A stretch of DNA of 52,569 bases, counting the filler, from Trypethelium eluteriae (lineage: Eukaryota), in NCBI GenBank assembly GCA_051942245.1. It is 2 parts of 2 records of this genome, joined end to end, with 100 filler letters (N's around TTAATTAATTAA, not from the genome) between each part and the next. Parts side by side here need not be neighbours in the genome. Positions count along the whole stretch, not along the records: positions 1 to 26,257 come from JAVECL010000358.1; 1 more part is not named here. One strand, written 5' to 3'. The notes beneath the pieces are model-generated. The model was not told where the DNA came from. It did not search any database and saw only the letters and a list, made by a program, of their open reading frames with translations. Below, one piece after another: positions 1 through 12,506 of the stretch. The stretch's first letter is position 1, and each line of letters opens with the position of its first letter. The position numbers were made by a program, and so were the translations under genes.

Positions 1-816
1 ATGCGGGGAGGAAGATGTGGATGCCGATTCTGGGGTGAGTAGGGTTCGCGACCACGCTGGTGTGGTAGAAGATGTGGATGATTCGTCAAGTGAACTGGGA
101 TGTAGATGAGTTCTGCATCCTTGGAGTTTCTAGTCGATGCGTAGATATCCTTTCGACGTACATGTTTGCCTCCTAAGGAGTATACAGTTCTGAGGAAAGA
201 CTACCAAATATGACGCTCGTAGCCAAGTTGCTAGGTGCCCGACACTGATCGAATAATGATATACTATGTATTTTGGATGTCCGGGTAGTGTCTACTTCAC
301 CAACAGTCACTAGCGGGCTTAATACTACTGCCCAGATACAGGACTCGCAGCTAAGAGACCTCACCGATTACCTCTCAAACCTCCATGAAATTACGATGAG
401 TCAAGGATAAGTGGATCACCCTGATACAAGAGTTTAGGGTTTTGGGAACCAGTAGAGGGCGTAATTTTCGTGCAGTGGGGTTGCGTCAAAGGCGATGAGA
501 ATGAGATCAAGTATAAAGATACTCGAATTAGATAGATATATTAAGGAGAATGTCTCTCGTCTGTATCATTTTGCAACGGGCCGATTCGCCCAGCTCAGTC
601 AGCTGCCGAGACGCCCGCTAAGATGCAACTTCGGCTTCCCTTGCCCCGAAGATGTATAGAAAGGAAATCATATAGATCGTGGATGCCTTGAAACCAGCTC
701 CCCCTCCCCAACCACGAGTCTCCATCTTATTGATCTTTCACATTGCCAAGTCTGCGCCTTGTCCCTTGCTTATTACACCAGCACTAGCACAAGCACCACC
801 ACCACCGCCATCATCA

Positions 817-3108
817 TCATCCCCAACCCCCTTGTTGTCCTGTCTGCTGCTGTCCCTGCCCAGGTCGCGGAAACACCGGCGTCGTCTCGAGATTTCCAAA
901 TCCACCCATCGTAGGCTGTGGCCCACTCTGCCAGCCCTGTCCCGTCTGCTGATTGACGAACGCGCTCTGCCGGAACGGATTCGTGCTGCTTATGGCATTC
1001 ATGTTGAGACCGGCCTGCGGGAGCGGCGCAGATTGCGGTTGCTGCTGCGTGTTGGGCGCCGCATTTCGAGCAAACGGGTTCGTGCCGGTCGGTGCGGACT
1101 GTAAAGGTTGTGACTGAGGTTGCGGTTGCGGTGGTGGGGAGAAAGGCTGGGTGGTTTGTGTGGGAGGAGAGGAGAAGGTGGATTGTGGTGATTGTAGGGT
1201 GAAGGAGCTTGCAGAGACAGGGGCTGACGTAGCTTTGGCGAAGGGATTGGTGGATTGCCGGTTTACTGGCGAGGTCACCGGGGGGCTGCCGAAGGTCGAA
1301 GGTGAACCAGTCGCTATATTTGGGAGTGTTGATTGCCTGAAGGGATTGGTGGATTGAGGCGACATTTGCTCCTGCTGACTACCGAACGGCTGCTGTGGCT
1401 GCTGTCCGAAGACACCTGGCTGTTGTTGCTGCTGAGGGAAAGAAGAGTAGCCGTTTTGCGGCATCCCTGGTTGTTGAACGTCGAATGCTGGCTGTGGCTG
1501 GGGAGTGTAGCCTCCAAAGCCAGCCCCAGTAAAGTTAGATTGTAATTGTTGCGGTTGAGGCTGCTGCTGTGGTTGACCAAATGGATTTGTGCCGGCATTG
1601 CTGAAATTACCGGTCTGCTGAGCAAACGGTGCTGTCTGAATTTGGCCGTATTGAGTGGGTTGTCCATAGGCTGTTGACTGGCCTAGAGGCTGCTGGTTCT
1701 GTTCGATAGATTCGAACAAATCGATCAAATCAGGAGCAGGACCTCTGGCCTCGTCTTTTCCTTGAACCTGAGAACTCTTGATAGTTGGAAAAGCTTTGTC
1801 GTCAGTCTTTGACGTTGGAGATTTGGACTCTCCAAAAGTCTTTGTTGCACCATTCGGCTTCTTGCCTGTTCGCTTTGCTTCTTGCTGCGCTAGGTATTGT
1901 CGCCTGTTGACCTCGAAGTCCTTATCATTTAAGTACTCTTCCAGAGAAGCCGCTAGACTCGTTGGGGCATGCTTGATCTTTGGTATCTCTAGACGAGTCA
2001 TGTGTTCATAGTTTCGTGCAAGTCCAAGATATTGTACGACATTGTCGGTTTGCTTCACGAACGTGCGATAGATACCCAAGGCCCGTTCAGCGTCCGGGCG
2101 AGACATCTCGAAGTAATGCTCTTCATGTATGTCAGCAGAGAAGTCCGTGGGCACAGATAGAAGACGTGCCTAAAACGTTTATCGTCCCTTCATTCATAAT
2201 GTGGAATAGCACTAAAAGATCCATCGTCAGTAGCCTGAACGCAGTGAGAGTAATCTCATTCTCTGGTTCGTCTACTAGCAGCTAAGAAAATTAGCATGCT
2301 GCAGCCAAATGTCTGACTTGGTTCGTACATCGCATCTGATCAATGCCCGTATTTGATCTTGGACAATCTCTGTTTCCCGGAGGAGGCCCTTATCTACACT
2401 CAATCTCTTCAGACGACCTTCACCCGTCCTAACGTAGTCAAGCTTTGTCTGTCCGTACGACTTTGCTCGTTGAAGAAGATATTCGGAATAGCTACGGATA
2501 TTGCGTCCTTGCGTCTGGACTGCTCAGCAGGGTCAAAGTCAGCGATGATTCAACTTCAAAGCTATGATAACGCCCGGGTTTCACAGGGATTATTTCGGCT
2601 GTCTACGCTTGGAATGCAATGAGTACGGAAGCGGTCGTGTCCGTTGTGACATTATACTCTTTAGAAGCAATCCATCGTGCAGGTGTGTGAACTCCTTCAT
2701 TTTGTGTATCGACCCCGGTGCCTTTATTTGTATATGTTGACTGCGGGACGTACCATCTGTGAAGGTATTTATTGCAAGTCTTCGACTTGGTGAAGCTGCC
2801 AAGTATTTCAGTGTAACATCTGGCTCCCCTTCGCGGATCATGAGGTGAACGATAATAAGTGATTTGAAGACAATTGTCCATGTCGAGTCGCGGAGTCTGT
2901 TTTGCAGCGATCGAAATATTTCCGCGACACCTGCTTCTCCAGCATGGGTGGCTATGAGGATGTGTTCGACGTATTTGGACTTGGGGGCAGCGAGCTGTAA
3001 GCTTGTATGAGCTTCTGGTCATATCGACTTTATGTATGCTAGTCCCGATCAATGAAGTACCTTGATCTTTGTACCGCCTTTTACCGACTTCTCGAAGGAG
3101 CTCGACAT
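817..3108 (-). CDS. ANTH/ENTH-domain clathrin assembly protein (AP180/CALM, Yap1801/2-like), multi-exon
   Basis: Exon 1 (3108-3061) reads MSSSFEKSVKGGTKIK then a GT donor. Later exons give ANTH-like HLMIREGEPDVTLKYLA and HYFEMSRPDAERALGIYRTFVKQT. The Q/P-rich tail has five NPF motifs and a clathrin-box-like DLIDLF. Internal exon boundaries not all resolved. Confidence 0.92.
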
Positions 3109-4153
3109 CTTCTAGGGCGCGTGCATTCGTTGCTCTGACCCGGCGATGGGACTTTCTGTAAGGCGGTCACCGGTCACTCTCGGCGACGACGTGTCATCGT
3201 GCCATTCGGATAGAATAGAAAGGGATGCAGACTATGTGTAAGCTCTTGTGGGAGTGTAAAGGGCCGAATGTCCGAGAGAGCAAAAGGTCAAGGTTGGACA
3301 GTTGTTGTGGTAGCTGCTCAGTGGCGGAGCCCACATGAAGAGGCCGTATGACGCGATGTTACAACAAGCAATCTACCAGCTCTAAGTCACTTTAAAAACA
3401 CAGTCTATTCTAATATTCCTTTATGTAGCAATATTTTTACGTCCGATCCCAAATGCATGCGATTGCTGAAAAGATCGGATAGTTGATATTGCCTGCAAAT
3501 TGCTGAATCTCTCGCGTGGCTGTTAGAGAAGTAGAGGATGGGATGCCTCGGAAATCTCTATGAGGTGAGCCAGCGAAATCGCATCTCTGACAACTCTTGG
3601 ATTGAAGACATAGGACGCGATGAATCATTGGACATAATCGAAGGTATCGACGGGTAATGTTGAATGGGTTTAGTCTCTATGTACACAGCCAAGACACCGT
3701 ACAGTAATCTCCTTTCTTGCACGTTCTGCTTCCAGAACCAAAGTTCCAAACTGTAATGACCAGGACACCCTCCAAGTTCTTGTCAGAGATAGCTTCATCG
3801 CGTCCGTCGATGTAACAAGATGGGTGTGCCGAACGCCGATATCATGCCAAAGTCAAGCTGGCCATCAAACCGCTTGAGCCCGGTTAAGGAAGAGCTTGAT
3901 GGCCATCGAGACGAATGGCTCATCTAGTACACTCTAAGCCTTCATCATCTAGAAGTTGTTAGTGACGCGTGCAAGCGGACAGGTGCTCACAAAGACTCAC
4001 GTTTGTTAAACTTGGAGGGATTAATGGTATTGTTCCGATGCACCTTGCGGTCCAGTAATACCTTAGTGTGGGAAGAGACGGGAGGCAACATCACATGACC
4101 CAAACTAAGACCCTTGTAGGTCACAGATAAGGAGTAGGTACCTAAGGTACCTA

Positions 4154-4342
4154 CCTTACCGCGGCAGGGAGGTTCCTCAACAGGTAACTAGCACAATGTT
4201 ACCTCAGTTTAACTGCTACGACCATGTTGGCCCATGTTAAGGGGGTTTTAACATGGGCCAACAAGGTCATAACAGTAAAGTCGAAATGACGTTTTATTGA
4301 TTACCAGTTGAGGAACCCCCCAACCCCCCCTCCGCGGTGAGG
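4154..4342. mobile_element. Palindromic fold-back MITE-like element, copy 1
   Basis: Ends CCTTACCGCGG...CCGCGGTGAGG flanked by TA (4152-4153, 4343-4344). Central arms TTGGCCCATGTTAA / TTAACATGGGCCAA are perfectly inverted. Colinear with the copy at 43812-43992. Confidence 0.8.
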
Positions 4343-5344
4343 TAGGTAGCTGTACCTTCTGCCTAGGTACCTTAGGTAGATCTAGCCCAGATCACCACTC
4401 CTCTCGCTAGGTAATTGGTACATTAGATTGATTTTGTATCTTAGTTGAGACTGTTCGCCGCTCTTCTTTGCCGGGCGTCTCATCAAGGTTCAGAAAATAT
4501 TTGCAAAAGCTACACTTCTTCAATATATGTGCTATCGATCTATACATCTTAGAGATTCTGATTACATCAAAGAAGAGCTTCTTACTCATCCCCTCCGTAT
4601 TGAATCTCAAGCTCTCGGTCGAAAACGTTACACAAATCACGTGCTGCTACAAGCAGCAGCAATAGTAACCACACGAGCAACAGCAGAAGCAGGAGTAGGA
4701 GTAGAAGCAGGAGCAGGGACAGAAGTTGCCCGAATCTGGCCTGAAAAGGGAACTTCGCGCACGATATACATTATTCGTGATAATGCCTATTGGAAATCGT
4801 GCTACTTGATGGAAATAATGTACCGATCGCTTCGGACTTCCAGGACGTTCAGTCCACAACCTTTTGCCACTGAATACACGATATAAGTGTTACAACTGCA
4901 TTTCTATGGTCTGTAGCCAACACTCCTGTCGACAATGGTCAGGCTGAGCCGCTGGAGTGTAAGGCATTCTGCCTCGCCCTCAAGCCCAACCAAGTTTACC
5001 ACGGTATCCCAGGGTAAGCGACGCCCTGCAGTCGCGTGGTAAGGGGTGAATAGCGCAAGGCTACAGCGCCAAAAGTTCAGAAGAAACGCATCCTTCCGTT
5101 CTCTCTCCTACCGTCTTACAACACAAAGCTATACAGCTGTCAAGATGCCGTCTTGATCCAAGTGTGTGTACTCCCCTCTGATCCAAAAGATACGGCCTAC
5201 GTAAAGCTTCTAATAGTCCACCTCTGCTGCAGTACCCAAGACCGTCGCCGTGGATACAAACACGAGACCGCGCACGTCAACCTACGACTTGTCTACACGA
5301 TAGTCCCACATAGCGGTGCACCAGTAAACAGAACAATTTCGCAG

Positions 5345-7720
5345 ATGGCGCAAGATATTGTTTTGCATGATTCCTCCTCCCGCTTGCTGTCACAACAAGT
5401 ATTAGTCCATGCAAGCTCTTTTCCCCAGAATGGAACTTGGTCATGGAGCGATATCATGGACAAAGGTGTCAGGGGTGCTGTCGGAATTCTCTCACGTTAT
5501 TCGGCCGGCAACGTCGATCCATATACTACAGTCGTCGGCCAGATCGTCTGTCGCTCGTTTAGACTGAGTCCCCAAGGCTCTGTTCGCCTGATGAAGGCAA
5601 TCGACCGCCTTACCTACCAGGCAAGCTTGAGCAATGCCATACACTTCGGGTTTGGTGTTGACAACGTAATTCGAAATCTGGCTGCATCTCGAGAGGGGGG
5701 TATCTTGGCGGGGCTGTGTGCAGCCGCTTCTGAGTGCCTCCCTGAAGACTATGGCCCAATGGTCTTGCGTGATCTCGTCGAGGTATACAGACCAGCCAGC
5801 TCAGGTGATCGTATTCCAACTGAACTACAATGGAAAGCACTGATGGCACACTGCGAGGGTATGTTAACTAAAAGCAGGTTTCCCTTTCTCGCAGAGCAGC
5901 TCATGAGCTTGCATCCTCGCAAAGGTCTCCTCGTTGGCGTTGACATGTTCGGCCGTCACAACTTGGATGGTCGCGGCGTGAGAGGCGTAGCGAGTTCGGA
6001 CACGTCAGCGCGAGCACTACTGGCAATAGGTGATTTGTCCACGGGGAAAAAGGTCTCGTTTAGAATTCAAGGAGGAGCAATTGGAGGCTGGCTGGCTGCC
6101 GTTGGAGAATTCTTCTTCGATCTAAAATTGGCTATCTCCGATTCGGATGGCAATCTTCTCTATACTAATTGCGAAGATACTGACAGGACCCAGCTAGAGG
6201 TTATCTATGATATTGCTCAAAAAGATGAAGAGAAAATCCAGCTGTCAGAGGAAACCATTCATCTTCGAGACGCAACAAAATTCCTGCATCGGGCCACGGA
6301 CTCGACAGACCTCTTGGGTATTTCATCAATCTGTGGCCGTGTCCCTTGGAACCAAGCACTATCATCGACATTTGGATCAGCTTTTACCAAATTGATGGAA
6401 CTGCAGCTTACATTTGGCGGAGCATTGGGCTATGCCGCTCGGTTCTTTCAGGGACTTGCTCACAGTGAACCCGGGTTACTGCCAGAGACGCTTCAAAATT
6501 ATACGATTTACTCGCACTCTGGATATGGGCAGGCTTACATTTTGTTCGCCATGCAGCTATTCCCAGAACTTACACCATTGAAAAGACCCATGGAGAAAGC
6601 TGCTGAAGAATCGTTGTCAGATGCAATGAGGAAATACGAGAGCAACCTAGTCGAATTGAAATCTCTCTGTAGGTGTTATATGTGCGAACATGGACCCGAT
6701 CCCCACCACTCTGAGACCGGCGTTTGTCTAATCATTCTGTCCGAGGCAATCATCGCTTTGATCCAATGCCTCTCGCGAGTAGCAGTTGACCAAGAACTAT
6801 GTCCTGTAAGGGCTGGCGTTGAGCTCTTCTATCATCGCCAAATACGTATTCGTATCCTAAAAGATAGAGGAAATCCAGATAGAGCAAAGGAGTGTCAAGA
6901 ATACGGTCAGATTGCACATATAGCTGAAACGCCTCAAATCTACAAAACTACGCATTTGCTGTCTGCCACTGTTTCACAGAGGAACCTCATGGATATTGCT
7001 CCCCTGTTCGCGGGTAGGATGGTCACAGATTTAACACCCAACACCTCAGCTGTGTCTATAGCAGGAATCTGCATCTTCATGGGAATACTTCGAGATGCTT
7101 CAGTCAGCACTCAGGAGCTGGGGAAGTGTGTGGCCATCCCCGGCCACATTGAGATGGACGACCGTATCTATCAACAGGTGGCAGACCTAAGCGACTCAGA
7201 CCTATCCGGGAACGACTTCCGCGAACGCAGAGGGGCATTGGCTGCACATATCGTCAATGGCATCAGTCAGCTAACTGATGACTATGAGACAGTTTCGATG
7301 GTTGTACAAATTTCTTCCAGAACTCTGCGAGCCGGTTTTTTCTTGGAAGACGACCAGGGCAGTAAGACCCTTCTCACTGGGCCAGCTATTTTGACAAACG
7401 ACATTTTGAAAGCTTTTGGGCTTTTCTATTGCAGATGTTCACCATATGCTAGAACACCATGGCCCGTTCTTGGAGATCAGGCTGTTTTTGAACATGCTGA
7501 GGCGCACGATAAGTCTCTATGGATTTTCAACGGAGGCACCCTTTCCCGGATGGCCTCACTTACTTACGCAAGACGCCTTGATTGCCGAATCATTTGGAGA
7601 CAAGACGAGTGTCTCGAATGCTGTAGAAAATACTGCATAAAAGCCAATCAAGCCGAGGTTTATCCTCTTTTCGGGACTGTTCCGACAGCAAAACAGACCC
7701 TGGTTCTATCTGAGCGATAA
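5345..7720 (+). CDS. Intronless protein of unknown function (~791 aa)
   Basis: Uninterrupted 2.4-kb frame; first ATG at 5345 (MAQDIVLHD). Globular-looking composition with Cys clusters CRCYMC and ECLECC. No motif I can assign to a named family. Confidence 0.8.
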   Translation: MAQDIVLHDSSSRLLSQQVLVHASSFPQNGTWSWSDIMDKGVRGAVGILSRYSAGNVDPYTTVVGQIVCRSFRLSPQGSVRLMKAIDRLTYQASLSNAIHFGFGVDNVIRNLAASREGGILAGLCAAASECLPEDYGPMVLRDLVEVYRPASSGDRIPTELQWKALMAHCEGMLTKSRFPFLAEQLMSLHPRKGLLVGVDMFGRHNLDGRGVRGVASSDTSARALLAIGDLSTGKKVSFRIQGGAIGGWLAAVGEFFFDLKLAISDSDGNLLYTNCEDTDRTQLEVIYDIAQKDEEKIQLSEETIHLRDATKFLHRATDSTDLLGISSICGRVPWNQALSSTFGSAFTKLMELQLTFGGALGYAARFFQGLAHSEPGLLPETLQNYTIYSHSGYGQAYILFAMQLFPELTPLKRPMEKAAEESLSDAMRKYESNLVELKSLCRCYMCEHGPDPHHSETGVCLIILSEAIIALIQCLSRVAVDQELCPVRAGVELFYHRQIRIRILKDRGNPDRAKECQEYGQIAHIAETPQIYKTTHLLSATVSQRNLMDIAPLFAGRMVTDLTPNTSAVSIAGICIFMGILRDASVSTQELGKCVAIPGHIEMDDRIYQQVADLSDSDLSGNDFRERRGALAAHIVNGISQLTDDYETVSMVVQISSRTLRAGFFLEDDQGSKTLLTGPAILTNDILKAFGLFYCRCSPYARTPWPVLGDQAVFEHAEAHDKSLWIFNGGTLSRMASLTYARRLDCRIIWRQDECLECCRKYCIKANQAEVYPLFGTVPTAKQTLVLSER

Positions 7721-8276
7721 CCAAGTCAGCTTTAAATCTGAGTTATCTTAATTCAGACTTATTGGGAAGGAAGCTAAAGTTTCGGGATTTGCGTAGCAAT
7801 TACGTGAATGAAGTAGCTTTCTGTAGATATCTATGCGCTCTACAGGAGGAAGTTCACACGGGTATCTTCGATGCAAACTATGTACAGCGGTTGAGCCGAA
7901 TGTAATACCCATTGCTAAAAACTCCGGGCAAATGTATCGTAAACGTTCTTGCAGGGACTTGTGCTCTTTCGTGCACGTTGATTGAGAATGTCGTCCTCAA
8001 TGCAAATCGCTAGTAGAGCGACTTCCCTATCAGCTGGCTGCAAAACACTGGATTGCGGGCCTCTCTGAGTGCATCAAGTAAATCTGGTTGTGGCGGGAGG
8101 AAGGGAGGCAGACGTGGCAGAGAAGGGGGGGCCGCAGGGCAGGGTTCTGCAGATCACACCTTACTCCTCACGGGCTAGCGTAGAGTAGGGTAGAGTAGTG
8201 AGAATTCGCAATCAAATAAGAACGAAGATATCCCATTCTCCTCATCCAGACCACGCTTGACACTGGGAAACTGCCT

Positions 8277-10481
8277 ATGCAGTTTAACCTACAAAGAGCT
8301 CTGCCGCCTAGGCTTTTCCTACAACGAAATTGCAGCGCCCAATTGTGGCTACCTCGTCCTTCCTCAAATTCTATCTCTGCAACAACCAGGAGAGCTTTAC
8401 CGCCCATCCGACGTTTTCATCCATCAGGTTTGACTAGTCAGGTCGCCAAACCTTTCAAAGAAAGCTGTGCGTATCTCGAAAATGAAACTCCTGCATCGTA
8501 GTCTCACAGCCATTGACTGGGTCAGTCGACTACTCATCCTCGAATACAAACCATGACGAACTCAAGCGGGACCAGCATTCACCTGAGCTCCTTGGGAAGA
8601 AGGTGACCGTCCATGGCTACCTGGACACTCGATTTGACATTTCTAAAAATCTTTCATTCGTCTCCCTATTAAATGCGGGATTAGACACCAGCATACAGGT
8701 AGTCTGTGTGCGTGATAAAGCCCACGATCATGGCGCGTTTGAAAAGATGCGCTCTGTGAGTGCGCACAGCGCTGTATCGGTGTCTGGCGTTCTTAAGGAG
8801 CGCAAACCAACCACTAACCCAAATGCTGGCGGCGTTGAGAAAATTCTCGGCGTCGAAATCCAGCTTGAGGAGATCCAATGCATGAATCGCTTTCCCATTG
8901 AGTCAGTTCCTATCGAAAACACCAAATTCGGGCCTGCGCAACGTCATCTGCAAATGCGTACCGAAAGGGAGATTCGGGATGCTCTTTCTTTCAGGAGCCG
9001 GTGTGCGCAGATTTGTAGAAAGCATCTGATTGAGGAAAATGGGTTCTTGGAGATCGAAACGCCTCTATTGTTTAAGTCCACGCCGGAAGGTGCGAGAGAG
9101 TTCTTGGTTCCGACAAGGAGCAAAGGGCAAGGTTATGCCTTGCCGCAAAGTCCGCAGCAATACAAGCAGTTATTGATGGCGAGTGGCATTCCAAAATATT
9201 TCCAGATCGCCAAATGCTTCCGTGATGAAGACCTTCGAGCTGATAGACAGCCTGAATTCACTCAGGTATGATAAATCATACCAATTATTGATGGTTCCAG
9301 GTCATTGACCCTTGTTAGCTCGACATGGAAATGGCTTTTGCGAGAAGTCAGGATGTCATGCTTTGTGTGGAAAACCTTGTTAGAAGATTGTGGCTTGATA
9401 TGCTGGGAGAGGATTTAGGCCAACAGCCTTTTGCCAGGCTTTCATACCATGACGCAATGACCAGATATGGCTCCGATAAGCCCGATACTCGCATTGGCAT
9501 GGAGGTACGCTTGTCGTCAACAATGCCAAGGGAGACCACTGACATACTCAGATCACGCGAATTGATTACATGATCCCTGTAGATCTTATAAGCAAGATCA
9601 GTCCTTTGCAAGATCCTATCGTCGAGGTAATGAAGCTCTCTGTATCGGATCGTCCGGCAGAGACTAGGAAATTCATGTCAGACTTCATGGACTCGCAGAA
9701 AGCTGCGCCTTTCTTGTCAAACGCCGAAGGTCAACCTGGAATCTTCATATTCGACCCAAGCAAGCCACTATCGGGGCTTCAGCCATTTGGATTTGAGGCC
9801 GCTGAAAAGGTAGAGGAATTTTTGGGATTGGACAGTGGTGATCTGGTGATCATTCAAGCTCGAAAGAATGCATCACTGGAGGGTGGTTCCACCGCGATCG
9901 GAAATCTGCGGCTTGCAATCCACAGGTTTGCCGTAGCCCAAGGTCTCTTATCTGCTCCGGAGGGCTTTAACTTCCTGTGGGTGAATGAGTTTCCTATGTT
10001 CACACCCAGCAACGAAACAGAGCCTGGCCAAGGCGGCGAAGCTGGTATTTCATCCACGCATCATCCATTCACCGCACCGGCTTCACTTCAAGACGCTTTT
10101 CTCGTTGAACACGAGCCGTTGAAGGCAAAGGCTGATCATTACGATCTGGTTGTCAATGGTGTTGAGCTTGGTGGAGGCAGCAGACGTATACATTCTGCCG
10201 AGTTTCAAGAATCCATCTTGCGGGAAACTCTCAAAATGAGCCCTGAGCGAATCGACGACTTCGCCCATCTATTGGACGGGCTAGGAGCAGGCTGCCCACC
10301 ACATGCAGGCATCGCGCTTGGATTTGACCGCTTGGTCGCTGTCATGCTAGGAAAGGAAAGCGTTCGAGATGTCATTGCGTTTCCCAAGTCTGGAAAGGGA
10401 GAGGATTTGCTTGTCAAGAGTCCCAATCACATGACGGAAGAACAGCTTCGGACTTACCACCTTCAGCTTCGGGACGACTGA
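8277..10481 (+). CDS. MSD1: Mitochondrial aspartyl-tRNA synthetase; exons 8277-8466, 8526-9265, 9319-9504, 9552-10481
   Basis: Arg/Ser-rich presequence and OB-fold. Class II motifs EIETPLLFKSTPEGAREFLVP, LPQSPQQYKQLLM, FRDEDLRADRQPEFTQ|LDMEM, GCPPHAGIALGFDRL. The GT-AG introns restore frame. Confidence 0.96.
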
Positions 10482-10681
10482 GGAATCAGTGCACCACCAG
10501 AACCAAAGCTGACCACTTTAATCTTCTCAGGTGTATAAAATATTTTCTGTTCCAAAGACACGATATTGAACATTTCATAAAAGTTTCTCACAATTTTCGG
10601 CGTCAAAGACCTGCCAAAAAATTAACCCCACTTTGGCTCATAGAATCATTCACCCCGAGCCACAAAGTTAAATTAATTAAC

Positions 10682-12017
10682 TCAGAAGATCGCGATTGCA
10701 TTTGGTGGCGAGCCAATACCTCCGGGCACATTGAGGGGAATGGATGTAAGAAGGAACGTATACCGATTGGACTTTGCACAATGCTCCGACAACGCTTTCA
10801 GGTCCCAAAGCTCTCCAATAGGCAAGCCAAACAAGCTCAAAAAGTACTGGTGCAATACTAAAATCGCAATGTCAGCAGTTGACGTTTTTCGCAGACCAGT
10901 TGACCGGAGTGCCACTTGGAAACTTACCCAACTCCGTGATTCCGGCTTCTTTCCCGTCCTTGAGTGGCGGAATCGTTTCGAATGCAATGGCATCGCCTGC
11001 CACAGCCGAGAAGTGGTGATTCCATACCCATTTCGCCGTCTCGATAGACCCGTCGACACCACAGGTCTTGTGAGTGCCCAGCCCTTCCCCCTGCTGTTCG
11101 GGAGTTACACCTGTCAACGCCTCCGTGAAGCCGCTACGGATGATAAGGATGTCCCCTGTCTTGAATGTGACACCTTGCTCTTTGGCTACCGCTTCAAGTT
11201 CTGCTACGGTGATCCGTTTGGCTTCGAAGGGTGAATACTCAATGCCATGCTTGTCAGCATACGCCTTGTAGTCCAGGAGAATACCTCGCCCAACGAGACC
11301 ACCTCGATCATGCCAGTCTGAGAATTGAAGGTTAGCACGAGTCTCGCTCTAATGCTTCACATCCTTTCGAAAAGAGAACAGTGCCTACGGTTCAACGTTG
11401 GGTATTCACGTGCTACATCTTCCGTGCCGTATTCCTGGATTAGCTTCTCAACTGCTGGCTTCACTCCATTGTATGCAAGCGCGGTTGGCTGATGGTTGAA
11501 GTGGCCTGCAAGGATACTCGTCAGTACTGCATACGCCCAAATTCGAACTGATTCGTACAGAGACTATCCCATTGGCTGCTGCACTGGGTGTTAAACTCGA
11601 CCTGCAAATGAGGTTAGCCGATTCTACTTCACCAGAACGTCTCGACTTGCCTCGTCATCAAAACCATGTGCATTCAATGGAGGAGGAGCGTCTTTGAAAG
11701 CAAACACTTTATGTACCAGACCTTTCCTTCCGAACCCTGGAGTCTTAATTGCACCAATAGGCCAGCTTATTCGTCAGCAATTAGCAGAGTGCCTCATGCA
11801 GTTATCGGGGCTGTTGTGCAGCATACTTCAACGAGATATGAACGCCATCCCGGGCTTCAGCATACGCGGCTTTGATTACGCTGGGCGTCAGTAGATTCAA
11901 CGTGCCATGGACATCCTTCTTCCCGTCTTTGTCGAAGATGCCCCAGGCACAGCCTTGTGGCATGTCCTTTACGGAGGGTAGGCTATCAAAATCGGGGATG
12001 TTAAGTTCGTTCGTCAT
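10682..12017 (-). CDS. Putative cyclase family (kynurenine-formamidase-like) metal-dependent hydrolase, multi-exon
   Basis: N-terminus PDFDSLPSVKDMPQGCAWGIFDKDGKKDVHGTLNLLTP, internal SSQWDSL and WHDRGGLVGRGILLDY, C-terminus GLPIGELWDLKALSEHC...FLLTSIPLNVPGGIGSPPNAIAIF, all typical of fungal PF04199-type proteins. Confidence 0.88.
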
Positions 12018-12506
12018 GATGTAATCGGTCAACAGTGATACGCTTGCTCAGCTCTTGAAGATGTATATCATATGTCTATTGTTCTAGATACGAAGTTTTC
12101 TAGGTTTTCCGCCTTTACTCAGCCATTCCCCTCCTCCGAAGCGAGGCTCCGTTGATTGCCTCGTTCGCTTTGGAACCGTGCCGTGCTACGGAGTACCTAC
12201 CCCGCCATCGCGATGTTGGAGGGGCTCCCGTCATCGCCACCATCATCGTCATCATCCGTGATCACCGTACAGCATTAGTTCTTGTAAGACGGCGTCTATT
12301 CGTCTCTGCGTGCCTCTTTACGGATGCGGAGATCCGCACGTCTCCTCGTGCCGCGTGGAATCTAGCGTTCTTAGGGTAGCGAGGATTTCTCAAGAAATTC
12401 GAGCCTCACCAGATAAGACCTTCGAGCTTAGTGAGACGAGGAAGATTTTTTCCACCTTACTTAATTCGTTCATTGCTTATGTCCTGTACCTTTCTAGACA
12501 CCCAAA

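Noticed and set aside
1..364. Possible gene edge and a 13-bp direct repeat (GAAGATGTGGATG)
   Set aside because: No recognisable motif or convincing start/splice structure; too little context.
434..446. TTTAGGG telomere-like word
   Set aside because: A single unit, not a tandem array.
817..3108. ANTH gene as SLA2, a MAT-locus marker
   Set aside because: It has an NPF-rich AP180-type tail with no coiled-coil or talin-like I/LWEQ domain, so it does not support a MAT locus here.
3437..4886. Short ORFs around palindrome copy 1 as transposase remnants
   Set aside because: No DDE, HTH or RT motif is visible; part is low-complexity GCAGGA/GTAGGA sequence.
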